DNA of 64,000 bases from Rebecca billardiae RCC1528 (GCA_965240325.2 OZ251223.1:4487644-4551643), one strand, 5' to 3'; positions 10,665-23,789 are shown, counted from the stretch's first letter. The notes: generated by a model not told the origin, from the letters alone. Numbers and translations are program-made.

Positions 10665-13033
10665 ATGGCGAGCGAGCGCCAGGGCGTGATGGGCGTGCGC
10701 GACACGGACCCCGCGAGAGCGTCACTTCCGCCCATCAAGGCGCCGGCGGTGACGCCGCCGGGCTCAGTGCCGGGCTCCGCCCAGTTGCGTGCGACCGAGA
10801 GCGCGTTGAGCGTCGAGCCGCTCTCCCTCCGCAGCAGCATGGGTGCGGCCGAGCCGGGCGCCAAGCCGCCCGCGCGCTTCGAGCGCGGCTTCACGGTCGT
10901 GCGCACCACCGACGAGCCGGCCGAGCACGGCTCGGCCGACGGCAAGGCGCTGTCGGAGATGGACCGCAAGCGCGCGGCGCTGATGCTCAAGCGCAGCAAG
11001 GTGATCTCCGAGCTGGCCAACGTGGACCTGGCGGAGGTCGCCAAGCTGCTGCGCGCGATCGACTTCGACTCGGGCACGGTGGTGGTGCGCGAGGGCGACT
11101 GGGGCAACTGCTGCTACATCGTCGACGTGGGCGAGCTCGACGTCTTCCTCGGCGCGGGCGCGGGCGCCACCAAGAACCCGACCGGCAAGATCTCGCCGGG
11201 CGAGCTGTTTGGCGAGCTGGGCGCGCTGTACGAGTGCAGGCGCACGGCGACCGTGGTGGCGCGCACCAAGGTGCGCGCGTGGAAGCTGCGCCACGCCGAC
11301 CTCACGCGCGTGATCCGCGCGGACGCCGTGCTCAACCGGCGCGCCATCTTCGAGATGCTGCGCGAGGCGCCCTCCTTCCAGTCGCTCGACGAGAAGGCCG
11401 TCTCGAAGATTGCGGACGCGTGCGAGCACGCAAACTTCCCGTCGGGCGCCAACATCGTCGCCGAGGGGCAGGAGGGCGACGCGATGTACATCGTGAAGGC
11501 GGGGACCGTGCTCGTGACGCAGGACAAGGGCAAGGAGCAGAAGCCCGGCGTCGTCTCGGGCGCGCCCGTCTCGCGCGCGTCCAAGCGCTCGGTGCTGTGC
11601 CGCGTGATCGGCGCGGGCGGCTACTTTGGCGAGCGCGCGCTCATCACCAACGAGCCGCGCACCGCCACCGTGCAGGCGGCGAGCGACGTGGAGTGCCTGG
11701 TGATCAAGCGCGACCGCTTCCAGCAGATGCTCGGCCCGTACCACCGCTTCTTCAAGGAGCAGATGCACGCGATCGTCGAGGCGGACGCGGCCGCGGAGGC
11801 GGCGGAGGCGGGCGGCGGCCGCGGATCGGGCGGCGAGGCGGGGCTGTCGCGCGCGGCCGCGCTCGCCGCGCTCGCGCCGCCGTACAAGGAGCTCAAGGTG
11901 CTCAAGCCGCTCGGCGTGGGCACCTTCGCCGCGGTGGCGCTGGTCGAGCACGCGCGCACGCAGCGGCTCTACGCGCTCAAGATGGTCTCGCGCGTCGCCG
12001 TCAAGAAGGGCGTGGACGAGCAGCGGCTGCTCAACGAGCGCGAGGCGATGCTGGCCGCGCAGCCGCACCCGTGCGTGCTCGGGCTGCACGGCACCTACCA
12101 GGACCCGCACACGTACTACCTGCTGCTCGAGCCGTGCATCGGCGGCGAGCTGTACTCGCTCATCCGCGAGGCGGGCGCGCTGCAGCCGCCGCACGCGCGC
12201 TTCTACGCCGCCGCCGCCGCGCTCGCGCTGCAGCGCGTGCACCAGTGCTCGCACGTGTTCCGCGACCTCAAGCCGGAGAACCTGATGCTGGACGCGCAGG
12301 GCTACCCGCGCCTGTGCGACTTTGGGCTGGCGAAGCGGCTGGACGGCGAGGCGCGCGCGTACTCGTCGGTGGGCACGCTCGAGTACATGGCGCCCGAGGT
12401 GAGCGCGCCCCGCCCCGCGCGCCGCGCCGCGCCGTGCCGCCGCTGACGCGCCCCGCCCCCGCCCCCCTCTCCTGTGTGTGTCTCCTGCGTGTGCGCTCGT
12501 TGGTGTGTGCGCTCGTTGGTGCGCAGGTGCTGCGCCGCACGGGGCACACGACGGCCGCAGACTGGTGGTCGTTCGGCGTGCTCATCTTCGAGATGCTCGT
12601 CGGGCGCACGCCCTTCGTCGCCAAGCCGGCGCAGCGCACCGAGAGCGAGGCGGACGCGATGGCGCTGATGACCGACATCCTCGCGGGCAACGTGCGCTGG
12701 CCCGAGCGCCACGAGCCGCAGCTCGACGGCAGCGCGCGCGACCTGGTGAGCCGGCTGCTGCGGCCAGACGTGACGGAGCGGCTCGGCCACGGCGGCGCGG
12801 GCGTGGCCGACATCATCGAGCACCCGTGGTTCGCGGGCTTCGACTTCCGCTCCATCCCGATGCGCACGAGCGTGCCGCCGTACCGGCCCGAGCTCTCCGG
12901 GCCGACCGACACGTCGTGGTTCAGCGTGGACGTCGCCGACTTTGCGCGCAAGATCAAGACAGACAAAGGCTCGCCGGAAGGGCGCGCGCGCCGCTCGTCG
13001 ACGCTCAACTCGTCGCAGATCCGCCCGTGGTGA
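10665..13033 (+). CDS. cGMP-dependent protein kinase-like (2 cNMP-binding domains + AGC kinase); intron 12399-12526
   Basis: FGELGALYECRRTAT and FGERALITNEPRTAT (Thr after the Arg suggests cGMP preference); kinase motifs GVGTFA, YALK, RDLKPEN, DFG, YMAPE|V, DWWSFG. Confidence 0.9.
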
Positions 13034-14450
13034 CCGGCCGGCCGCGTGCCGCCGTCCTGGTGCTCGCCCACCGGCGCCGCAGCCCGCAGCATCACAGCAT
13101 CCTTGTCGAGGCGCACCACTTTGATGACCGTGGTCCGTGCACGACGTGGTCACATATGGCTTATTGGCGGCGGTGACCGGATCACGCCGCGCCTGCGCGC
13201 CGCCTGATTACGACTGCTGACGCCGCCTTAAGTTTGTCCCGTGTCGCATGCAATGTTGTTGAGCGCAGTGTATATATATATATAGTTATTGTTCGTCGAC
13301 TACTCGTCTGCTATATCGATTATTATAATTCCGGGCGGATGCAGCGCGCAAAATGCATATACACATATGCTGGGCATGCGCTGCCTGCGTGGCCAGGCCA
13401 AGATGCTCATCGCCCGCGCGCGCATGGCGCACGTGCGCCCGGGGGCACGCGCCCGCGGGGGCGCTGCATACGACGACTACTTCGAGACGACGGCTGACGA
13501 CGCGTGGCACCGCGACCACCGCGGTGGCGCGTGCGCGTCGACGCCAGACGGTGCGTCGAGCTTCCGCTCGGCGATGGAGTGATGGGCGACTATGAGGGGG
13601 GGGGGACGACGGCGAGGAGCGCTGATCCTGGTGTTTGTCTCTGCTGCTCGATCTGCTGCTACAGCTTGCTGACTCTGACGCCTGCCCGTTGCATACCACG
13701 TCGTTAATGGCGGGCCGTAGGTCCGCCCCTTGTAGTGCCCGGGAAAAAGATAAGAAAAAGAAAAAGAAAAAAGAAAATCGCCTCGCAGAGAAAAGAAAAT
13801 CGCCTCGCTCACTGCCAGGTCGCTTCGCTCACTACCGGGCGCCCTCGCAGCTCCCACTGGGGACGCTCGGCCGAAAACCATCTGCGGCCTGGCGCGGAGC
13901 GCGTGGGCGGCGCGCGCCAAATCCAACGCTAGCGCGGACATCGTGAGGGGATTCCCGAACGGTGTTTTCGCCCGATTCGCGATTGCTGCCCTCGTCGTCT
14001 CGCGTGCAGGTCGAACGGGGGCTAAATCGACGCGTTGGAGCGGTACGCTCGGCGCGTCGACACGATCGTGCGACCTGGGGCGATCCTCGCCCGACGTGCA
14101 CGTCGAGCGCTCGCACGGGCCATAGCATCATGCGCTGCGCAAGACAACCACCTCGCACGATCCACCGTCGCGCGTCGGGCTCGGTGCGGAAACGCATTCA
14201 TCACGAGGCGTCTCGCGGGCGGGAAGCGCCATCGCACGCGACGCAAGCTTTGGCGCGGCCTTCTGAACACCATAACCGGAATGCACACACCGGACTGTCG
14301 TCGCGTGACCCGGTTGGCAAGGTCGGGCGCATGCAAATCCGTTTGCTACGGTCGGTGGTGTTCCAGAGCGAGCGATCATCTTTCATCTTTCACGCTCGCG
14401 AGCTCGCGGCCAAGGATCGCTTGGCGCTCGAGGACCCACGTCCGGCCTGC

Positions 14451-15458
14451 ATGGCGTCGACGGTGGCCAATGCGACGGAGGGGCAGCGCGAAGCGGCGTA
14501 CGACGCGCACCGCACGCACCTGCCGGGTCTGCCGCCGTGGCAGGAACCGCGTCTTCGCGAGTCGGCGACTGAGGCGACAGCGCGCTATCACCGATCCCAG
14601 GGGCGCATTCGCGACGAGCTGAAACGTCGCGCGTGCAAGATCGCCGCACCATCCTTGCCCATGGCACGGGCGCTGCGGGACGAGGCCGACGTCGTGAAGC
14701 CAGTGGCACATGCGCTGCGCTTCGTGTGCCTGCTCGAGCAGCGCGTGCCCACCGTCGATCGCGAGTGGCACACGCTCTCGCACTGCGCGCGCGTACACCG
14801 CCAACAGCTCCTGATACCGCCGCACGTGCGAGTGCCGGACCTGTCGCGCGGAGCGGCGAGCGCCGACGAGCGCTTGGACCTGGACGCGCTGTTGCGCAGC
14901 GTGGCGGCCGTGCACGACGCCGACGCGACCTTCGCCGAGCCCATCGTGCCCGGAGCGGACATTGGCATCCTGGCGACACACGATCTCAGCTGGCGACACG
15001 AGGAGATGCTCACGATCTCCTCTGGCGGATTCGTCGGCGGCGAGGCGCTCGACTACGTCATCGCGGTCGAGATGCGGCACATGCAGCGCGTACGCGAGCT
15101 CGCGCGAAGCCACGGGCTGCCCGTCCCGCCCCGCGTGCTGCACGTTCCCTCGTGGGTGTGGACCTTGCTCATGGGCGCGGGCGTGTACGCGTGGGAGAAG
15201 GTGGCCGACATCTTTGCGCTCTTCGACCTGAACGAGTACGACGTGCTCTCCTTCATCATCAACCAGGACGGCAACCACTGGGCGCAGGGGGTCGTCGACT
15301 TGCGGCGCGAGATCATCGAGTACCGCGAGCCCCTGGGCGGAGGCGACATGATCGGCTTCGTTTCGAACGTGCAGCTGCTGCTCGCCGACGCGCAAGAGAC
15401 AGAGAGACAGAAATCGGTAGGATGCACTGAACATCACACTCCGGCCGCCACAACTTGA
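14451..15458 (+). pseudogene. Ulp1/SENP (C48) peptidase-like fragment, copy 1
   Basis: FVGGEALDYVI ... FIINQDGNHWAQGVVDLRREIIEYREPLG resembles the Ulp1 core (WL.D..I; HW; I.YYDSL). No QxxxxDCG catalytic-Cys motif follows. Confidence 0.6.
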
Positions 15459-16577
15459 ACTGTTTTCGTGTTTAGCTCCAAGGACAAACCGTCACCGTCA
15501 GGCGCACACGGGCACGCCGCCGTCGCACGCCAATCAGTTGGCAGTGCGTGCGCGCAGTCGCCAAGGCTCGGCACGATGACGAGTAGCATCACAGTGGGTG
15601 CAGGAATACACGCGCAATCACACTGTCGCTGAGCTCGCACCAGAGTCATCTGTCGCGTTATTATTCGTCAGTGAGTCGGGTAGCTCACAATCATCTCGGT
15701 ATGATGTCGCATTGTTATTCGTAGTCATCCTGCCCGTCAAACCGCTATAAATAAAAGGCGCGAACCCGCTGGGGAAATATTGCGACAGCACTGGCACGGC
15801 CCGCCGACCCCCCCGCCCGCCAGGGCTGAGTTTATGGCGGGCCGTAGGTCCGCCCCTTGTAGTGCCCGGGAAAAAGATAAGAAAAAGAAAAAGAAAAAAG
15901 AAAATCGCCTCGCAGAGAAAAGAAAATCGCCTCGCTCACTGCCAGGTCGCTTCGCTCACTACCGGGCGCCCTCGCAGCTCCCACTGGGGACGCTCGGCCG
16001 AAAACCATCTGCGGCCTGGCGCGGAGCGCGTGGGCGGCGCGCGCCAAATCCAACGCTAGCGCGGACATCGTGAGGGGATTCCCGAACGGTGTTTTCGCCC
16101 GATTCGCGATTGCTGCCCTCGTCGTCTCGCGTGCAGGTCGAACGGGGGCTAAATCGACGCGTTGGAGCGGTACGCTCGGCGCGTCGACACGATCGTGCGA
16201 CCTGGGGCGATCCTCGCCCGACGTGCACGTCGAGCGCTCGCACGGGCCATAGCATCATGCGCTGCGCAAGACAACCACCTCGCACGATCCACCGTCGCGC
16301 GTCGGGCTCGGTGCGGAAACGCATTCATCACGAGGCGTCTCGCGGGCGGGAAGCGCCATCGCACGCGACGCAAGCTTTGGCGCGGCCTTCTGAACACCAT
16401 AACCGGAATGCACACACCGGACTGTCGTCGCGTGACCCGGTTGGCAAGGTCGGGCGCATGCAAATCCGTTTGCTACGGTCGGTGGTGTTCCAGAGCGAGC
16501 GATCATCTTTCATCTTTCACGCTCGCGAGCTCGCGGCCAAGGATCGCTTGGCGCTCGAGGACCCACGTCCGGCCTGC

Positions 16578-17585
16578 ATGGCGTCGACGGTGGCCAATGC
16601 GACGGAGGGGCAGCGCGAAGCGGCGTACGACGCGCACCGCACGCACCTGCCGGGTCTGCCGCCGTGGCAGGAACCGCGTCTTCGCGAGTCGGCGACTGAG
16701 GCGACAGCGCGCTATCACCGATCCCAGGGGCGCATTCGCGACGAGCTGAAACGTCGCGCGTGCAAGATCGCCGCACCATCCTTGCCCATGGCACGGGCGC
16801 TGCGGGACGAGGCCGACGTCGTGAAGCCAGTGGCACATGCGCTGCGCTTCGTGTGCCTGCTCGAGCAGCGCGTGCCCACCGTCGATCGCGAGTGGCACAC
16901 GCTCTCGCACTGCGCGCGCGTACACCGCCAACAGCTCCTGATACCGCCGCACGTGCGAGTGCCGGACCTGTCGCGCGGAGCGGCGAGCGCCGACGAGCGC
17001 TTGGACCTGGACGCGCTGTTGCGCAGCGTGGCGGCCGTGCACGACGCCGACGCGACCTTCGCCGAGCCCATCGTGCCCGGAGCGGACATTGGCATCCTGG
17101 CGACACACGATCTCAGCTGGCGACACGAGGAGATGCTCACGATCTCCTCTGGCGGATTCGTCGGCGGCGAGGCGCTCGACTACGTCATCGCGGTCGAGAT
17201 GCGGCACATGCAGCGCGTACGCGAGCTCGCGCGAAGCCACGGGCTGCCCGTCCCGCCCCGCGTGCTGCACGTTCCCTCGTGGGTGTGGACCTTGCTCATG
17301 GGCGCGGGCGTGTACGCGTGGGAGAAGGTGGCCGACATCTTTGCGCTCTTCGACCTGAACGAGTACGACGTGCTCTCCTTCATCATCAACCAGGACGGCA
17401 ACCACTGGGCGCAGGGGGTCGTCGACTTGCGGCGCGAGATCATCGAGTACCGCGAGCCCCTGGGCGGAGGCGACATGATCGGCTTCGTTTCGAACGTGCA
17501 GCTGCTGCTCGCCGACGCGCAAGAGACAGAGAGACAGAAATCGGTAGGATGCACTGAACATCACACTCCGGCCGCCACAACTTGA
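16578..17585 (+). pseudogene. Ulp1/SENP-like fragment, copy 2
   Basis: Translation identical to copy 1. Confidence 0.6.
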
Positions 17586-18704
17586 ACTGTTTTCGTGTTT
17601 AGCTCCAAGGACAAACCGTCACCGTCAGGCGCACACGGGCACGCCGCCGTCGCACGCCAATCAGTTGGCAGTGCGTGCGCGCAGTCGCCAAGGCTCGGCA
17701 CGATGACGAGTAGCATCACAGTGGGTGCAGGAATACACGCGCAATCACACTGTCGCTGAGCTCGCACCAGAGTCATCTGTCGCGTTATTATTCGTCAGTG
17801 AGTCGGGTAGCTCACAATCATCTCGGTATGATGTCGCATTGTTATTCGTAGTCATCCTGCCCGTCAAACCGCTATAAATAAAAGGCGCGAACCCGCTGGG
17901 GAAATATTGCGACAGCACTGGCACGGCCCGCCGACCCCCCCGCCCGCCAGGGCTGAGTTTATGGCGGGCCGTAGGTCCGCCCCTTGTAGTGCCCGGGAAA
18001 AAGATAAGAAAAAGAAAAAGAAAAAAGAAAATCGCCTCGCAGAGAAAAGAAAATCGCCTCGCTCACTGCCAGGTCGCTTCGCTCACTACCGGGCGCCCTC
18101 GCAGCTCCCACTGGGGACGCTCGGCCGAAAACCATCTGCGGCCTGGCGCGGAGCGCGTGGGCGGCGCGCGCCAAATCCAACGCTAGCGCGGACATCGTGA
18201 GGGGATTCCCGAACGGTGTTTTCGCCCGATTCGCGATTGCTGCCCTCGTCGTCTCGCGTGCAGGTCGAACGGGGGCTAAATCGACGCGTTGGAGCGGTAC
18301 GCTCGGCGCGTCGACACGATCGTGCGACCTGGGGCGATCCTCGCCCGACGTGCACGTCGAGCGCTCGCACGGGCCATAGCATCATGCGCTGCGCAAGACA
18401 ACCACCTCGCACGATCCACCGTCGCGCGTCGGGCTCGGTGCGGAAACGCATTCATCACGAGGCGTCTCGCGGGCGGGAAGCGCCATCGCACGCGACGCAA
18501 GCTTTGGCGCGGCCTTCTGAACACCATAACCGGAATGCACACACCGGACTGTCGTCGCGTGACCCGGTTGGCAAGGTCGGGCGCATGCAAATCCGTTTGC
18601 TACGGTCGGTGGTGTTCCAGAGCGAGCGATCATCTTTCATCTTTCACGCTCGCGAGCTCGCGGCCAAGGATCGCTTGGCGCTCGAGGACCCACGTCCGGC
18701 CTGC

Positions 18705-19712
18705 ATGGCGTCGACGGTGGCCAATGCGACGGAGGGGCAGCGCGAAGCGGCGTACGACGCGCACCGCACGCACCTGCCGGGTCTGCCGCCGTGGCAGGAA
18801 CCGCGTCTTCGCGAGTCGGCGACTGAGGCGACAGCGCGCTATCACCGATCCCAGGGGCGCATTCGCGACGAGCTGAAACGTCGCGCGTGCAAGATCGCCG
18901 CACCATCCTTGCCCATGGCACGGGCGCTGCGGGACGAGGCCGACGTCGTGAAGCCAGTGGCACATGCGCTGCGCTTCGTGTGCCTGCTCGAGCAGCGCGT
19001 GCCCACCGTCGATCGCGAGTGGCACACGCTCTCGCACTGCGCGCGCGTACACCGCCAACAGCTCCTGATACCGCCGCACGTGCGAGTGCCGGACCTGTCG
19101 CGCGGAGCGGCGAGCGCCGACGAGCGCTTGGACCTGGACGCGCTGTTGCGCAGCGTGGCGGCCGTGCACGACGCCGACGCGACCTTCGCCGAGCCCATCG
19201 TGCCCGGAGCGGACATTGGCATCCTGGCGACACACGATCTCAGCTGGCGACACGAGGAGATGCTCACGATCTCCTCTGGCGGATTCGTCGGCGGCGAGGC
19301 GCTCGACTACGTCATCGCGGTCGAGATGCGGCACATGCAGCGCGTACGCGAGCTCGCGCGAAGCCACGGGCTGCCCGTCCCGCCCCGCGTGCTGCACGTT
19401 CCCTCGTGGGTGTGGACCTTGCTCATGGGCGCGGGCGTGTACGCGTGGGAGAAGGTGGCCGACATCTTTGCGCTCTTCGACCTGAACGAGTACGACGTGC
19501 TCTCCTTCATCATCAACCAGGACGGCAACCACTGGGCGCAGGGGGTCGTCGACTTGCGGCGCGAGATCATCGAGTACCGCGAGCCCCTGGGCGGAGGCGA
19601 CATGATCGGCTTCGTTTCGAACGTGCAGCTGCTGCTCGCCGACGCGCAAGAGACAGAGAGACAGAAATCGGTAGGATGCACTGAACATCACACTCCGGCC
19701 GCCACAACTTGA
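18705..19712 (+). pseudogene. Ulp1/SENP-like fragment, copy 3
   Basis: Translation identical to copy 1. Confidence 0.6.
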
Positions 19713-20100
19713 ACTGTTTTCGTGTTTAGCTCCAAGGACAAACCGTCACCGTCAGGCGCACACGGGCACGCCGCCGTCGCACGCCAATCAGTTGGCAGTG
19801 CGTGCGCGCAGTCGCCAAGGCTCGGCACGATGACGAGTAGCATCACAGTGGGTGCAGGAATACACGCGCAATCACACTGTCGCTGAGCTCGCACCAGAGT
19901 CATCTGTCGCGTTATTATTCGTCAGTGAGTCGGGTAGCTCACAATCATCTCGGTATGATGTCGCATTGTTATTCGTAGTCATCCTGCCCGTCAAACCGCT
20001 ATAAATAAAAGGCGCGAACCCGCTGGGGAAATATTGCGACAGCACTGGCACGGCCCGCCGACCCCCCCGCCCGCCAGGGCTGAGTTTATATATATGTGTA

Positions 20101-22058
20101 AACTTTTCTGAGGATAGCGCACCAGCAAAATCCCTTGACCGCCATCCGGATTTTACGGAGGCCGCGTTTGGACGCAGAAACGCGCGATGGCGAGGCCCGC
20201 CCTCGCACCACCGCTCTCGCGAGATCGCGACCGTGCGACCTGCGGCGTTGCGCTCGACGCGCTCTTTCTGCTCGGAGGCCGCGAGGTCTCCCAGGTGCGC
20301 CAGATCGCGAGCGCGCACCTTCCTCCTCGCCGCGCTCGCCGAGCACGAGCCGATCTGCAGCAGATGTGCAAGGAGCCGCATTGGCCGTGCTCGCGCGCGC
20401 GCGGCACGGGCGACACAAAATTTGTTTAGCGGGACCTTTGCACGCATTCCATTCTTTGATGATGGTACCCTTGAGCCCCGGACTAGGTCCCGCTAAACGC
20501 TTTCGCTCCTCGCCGTTGCGTGCACGCGCAAAGGAGCACTGCAAAGGGTGCGACTGGGAGCATTCCTTCTCCCGGGCGGCCACCACGGCCTCGGAGGTGG
20601 TGAGGAACGCGTCGGCGACCACGGCGTGGACCACCTCCGTCGCGCCGGACACTCCGGTCGCCCCTCGCCGGACTCCATCCTCGCTGCGCGCTGACCGTTT
20701 GCCGAGCGGGCTGCCCCCGCCGCCTGCCCGGCGTGTGCCCGCGTGGTGACACAAGATGGTCGAAGGCGTGGCAGCGCGGTGGTGCGTGCGATCGGGGGAC
20801 CCCACCTGAGCTACGACACGGGCGCGCGCGCTCATCCGTGCTCATCACGGTGGTGCACGCGCGCGTCGCGCGCTCGTCGGCTGTCGCGCGCTGACGGCTG
20901 GGCTGCTTTGGGGTGTCGGCGGCGGCCACAGCTCGCTGGTACGGGCGCGATGGTGGCTGCGAGTGGTACGCGGCGTTGCACCAGGTCCATGTGCGTCACG
21001 CACGACGCTCGGCCGGCTCGCCCTCGGACCATTGGCTGAGTTCTACTCGCCGCGCGCGCCGCGCGCGGGAGCCGCTCGGCAGCTGCTCGAGGCGCAAAGT
21101 GCGCCCCGCGCGCTGAACGTGGGCACGACGAGGTGGTGCGGCGAGCGTGCGCGGGTGTGTGTGCGTGATGGGCACCCCCATTGCGCTACTTGCCATGCAC
21201 ATCTGCCTCTCGCCAAGCCTTCGACACGATTGCTGCAAGCGCTGCTCGGAGGCGCGCTCGCGGGCTCGCGCGCGTTTGAATCTGGGCTCGGCGGCGATCG
21301 CGTAGACGAGGGGCAGTGCGGTGCACGGTGGCGGAGCGCGTGCGGAGCGCAGCCTACACCTCCTACACGCTCCATCCAGACACATCGCGCATGCTCGCGC
21401 GACCTCCTCGGTCCATCACGTGCGCGTGCGCGCGCGAGCAGGTGTGCATTCGCCGGGCGCGTTCACGGCGCGCCGCGTTGGCGCGCGCGCACCGATACCC
21501 GTGCGCAGCTCGACGAGCGAGCGCGGTGTGTTTCGATGCGTATGGGGAGGCTCGAATTTACGCGCGCGCACGCGCCGGCCCTCGCCGCCCCTTCGCTCGC
21601 CCACGCCTCATCTGCGCGCTCGGCGTTTGCACGCAGCTGCTCATCCTTTCCAACACGTGCACAAACGAGCAGATGGCGCTGGGCGAGGTCGATTGGTGCG
21701 TCAGATATTCGGCAACGACCAGCCCCGCTCGTGTGCCGCCGCTCGTGCTACTCTCGACGACCACCTCTGGCTCGGTCGCGCGCACGAGGCTGCTCGCGGC
21801 CCCAATCGTGCCGTGTACCGTCAAGCTGTACCGTGCGCAGCGAGGCGCACTCAGACGTCGGCATGGGCTCGCATGCGAGGGCCCGGCAGTGCGACGCGTC
21901 GATGGAGCATGCTCCGGATACGCTTCGGCGCACTTCCCGACGCGCACGAGCCGCTCGAAGGCGCGGAAGGGCGCCCAAACGGGGCAACCGCCATTTTGCG
22001 CCACTTCGGCCGGATGGCGGTCAAGGGAAATTGCTGGTGCGCTATCCTCAGAAAAGTT
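20101..22058. mobile_element. non-autonomous DNA transposon with ~50-bp TIRs and TA on both flanks
   Basis: Left end AACTTTTCTGAGGATAGCGCACCAGCAAAATCCCTTGACCGCCATCCGG; right end CCGGATGGCGGTCAAGGGAAATTGCTGGTGCGCTATCCTCAGAAAAGTT (2 mismatches). TA at 20099-20100 and 22059-22060. No transposase recognised. Confidence 0.85.
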
Positions 22059-23012
22059 TAATCATATATCGTCATCATATATATATTTAACGACGTGGCA
22101 GCATCGGACAAGCGTCAGGCTCAGAGTGCAACAGACACATATATATTATTTATATAGTTATATTAAATATTATTATTATACGAGTATATGATGCGCTGCC
22201 CATGCAGCATTAATATTATCCGCGATGATCGACTCACACGGTTCTGTGTCACATCATCAAGCCTTCCTCATCATCATCGTCGATCGTCGCGGTGCGATAT
22301 GATGCGCTGCTGCCATCATCACCGTGTGCGAGCCTTCCTCAACGGAATCAGTGCGAGCCTATCTCATCGTCAGACTGGTCCCGGACGGCAATCGCGTCAC
22401 CGCAGCATGCTCGAGGCCACTGATTCCGCGTTGATGGGCGGCACCGCCGTTAGCCAATTAGGCTCGCGTACTATAACTACTACTACTAGGCAGTCGTACC
22501 GGTACAGCGCATGCATGCGCACTACTAAAACTGCGCGGCCGCCCGCGGGCAATGCACTAGGTCGTAGTAGTACGGCGGTATACATCATCATATATATATG
22601 TGCACGTTCCGGGCCTCGTCTGATCAGCCGTGCCGCGTCTGGCGGGGCTGAGTCGACTTGTCGACGGACGTCGCGGACGAGTGTCGTTCATTCATACTAG
22701 CGTTGAAGCCGCCGACGCCTGACTGCGCATCATGCCTGACCATTGACCCAGCCCGTTCTCATGCTGACAGTACAGCTACAGTACAGAGAGCAAGGCAGCT
22801 CAGGCAGCAGGCAGCATTTAGGTTCGTCAGCATGACCGATGACGACTGACGAGCACACCAGGTCCAGTCACGTCGAACCACTGCTTGCTGCCTTGCTCAC
22901 CAGTCGGAGTGGCACCGCCGCACCTCTTCGTCAGTCGTCACTTCCGGGAATTCGTAGAGTACCGCAGCGCTCGCCTTGGCGTGGCCGCGGGCGCTTCCCC
23001 GCCTCCCGCGAG

Positions 23013-23789
23013 ATGGCTCGCGCGTCTTACAGCTGCCTGGAGGCTCTGCCGGCGGACGTCAAGATGATGGTCCTCACCCGGCTGGCGCCGTCGGCCCTGG
23101 TCGCGCTCGGCTCGACGTGCCGCTCGTTCCGCCGGATCTCGTGCGCCGGCGCGCTCTGGCGGCCGCTCATCAAGCAGCACTGGGGCCGCGCGTACTCGGA
23201 CGGCCCCGCGCCCCACCTGCGCGGGTGGAAGCAGGTGTTCCGGCAGTGCTGGCTGGAGAGCTGCTACACCGAGCTGTGGGAGCTCGACAAGCGCCGCGTC
23301 GAGGCCGCGCGCACCGCCGACCGCGTGCGCACGCTCGCGCTCAACCTGGAGCACCGCGCGCACGTGCTCTCCACGCACGAGCGCGGCGCGCACAGCGCGG
23401 CGAGCGACCTGCTCGCGACGCGCGCGCGGCTCGCGGCGGCCGAGCGCGAGCTGGCCCTCGCCAAGTCGCGGCTGCACAGCGTCAACGCGCGGATCGGCGC
23501 CGTGCGCGCGCGGATCGGGCTGCTGAGGGACAGCGGCGACGCGGCGCGCGCGCGGCACCAGCCCGCGCACTGGGCGCGGCCGCCGAGCGCCGCCGGCCAG
23601 CCAGGGCACGTTCGGCGGCCGGGCATCGTCCAGCCGCCCGCTTCGTCGGCCCGGCCGTGGAGCACGAGCATGCTGCAGCCCACCGTGCGCCACGCGCCCT
23701 ACTACGTGCGCACCGCCGATGGGCTGCTGATGGCGGCGGCGTCCCAGCAGCTGTCGCACGGCGCGCGCCGCCGCCGGCTCACCCGGTGA
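23013..23789 (+). CDS. F-box protein with coiled-coil
   Basis: LEALPADVKMMVLTRLAPSALVALGSTCRSFRRISCAGALWR is an F-box consensus, followed by WKQVF and a heptad-rich region. Confidence 0.8.
   Translation: MARASYSCLEALPADVKMMVLTRLAPSALVALGSTCRSFRRISCAGALWRPLIKQHWGRAYSDGPAPHLRGWKQVFRQCWLESCYTELWELDKRRVEAARTADRVRTLALNLEHRAHVLSTHERGAHSAASDLLATRARLAAAERELALAKSRLHSVNARIGAVRARIGLLRDSGDAARARHQPAHWARPPSAAGQPGHVRRPGIVQPPASSARPWSTSMLQPTVRHAPYYVRTADGLLMAAASQQLSHGARRRRLTR

Larger units (their letters stand above)
13707..20087 (+). mobile_element. three head-to-tail copies of a 2127-bp Helentron/Helitron2-like non-autonomous unit
   Basis: ORF sets repeat identically at +2127 and +4254. The unit begins ATGGCGGGCCGT and has the inverted ACGGCCCGCC about 30 bp before its ...CAGGGCTGAGTTT end (asymmetric sub-terminal IR). 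A dispersed relative lies at 27529-29056. Confidence 0.7.

Noticed and set aside
13707-20087. LTR retrotransposon, rDNA or endogenous virus
   Set aside because: No RT, integrase, capsid or rRNA motifs; whole units repeat rather than termini only.
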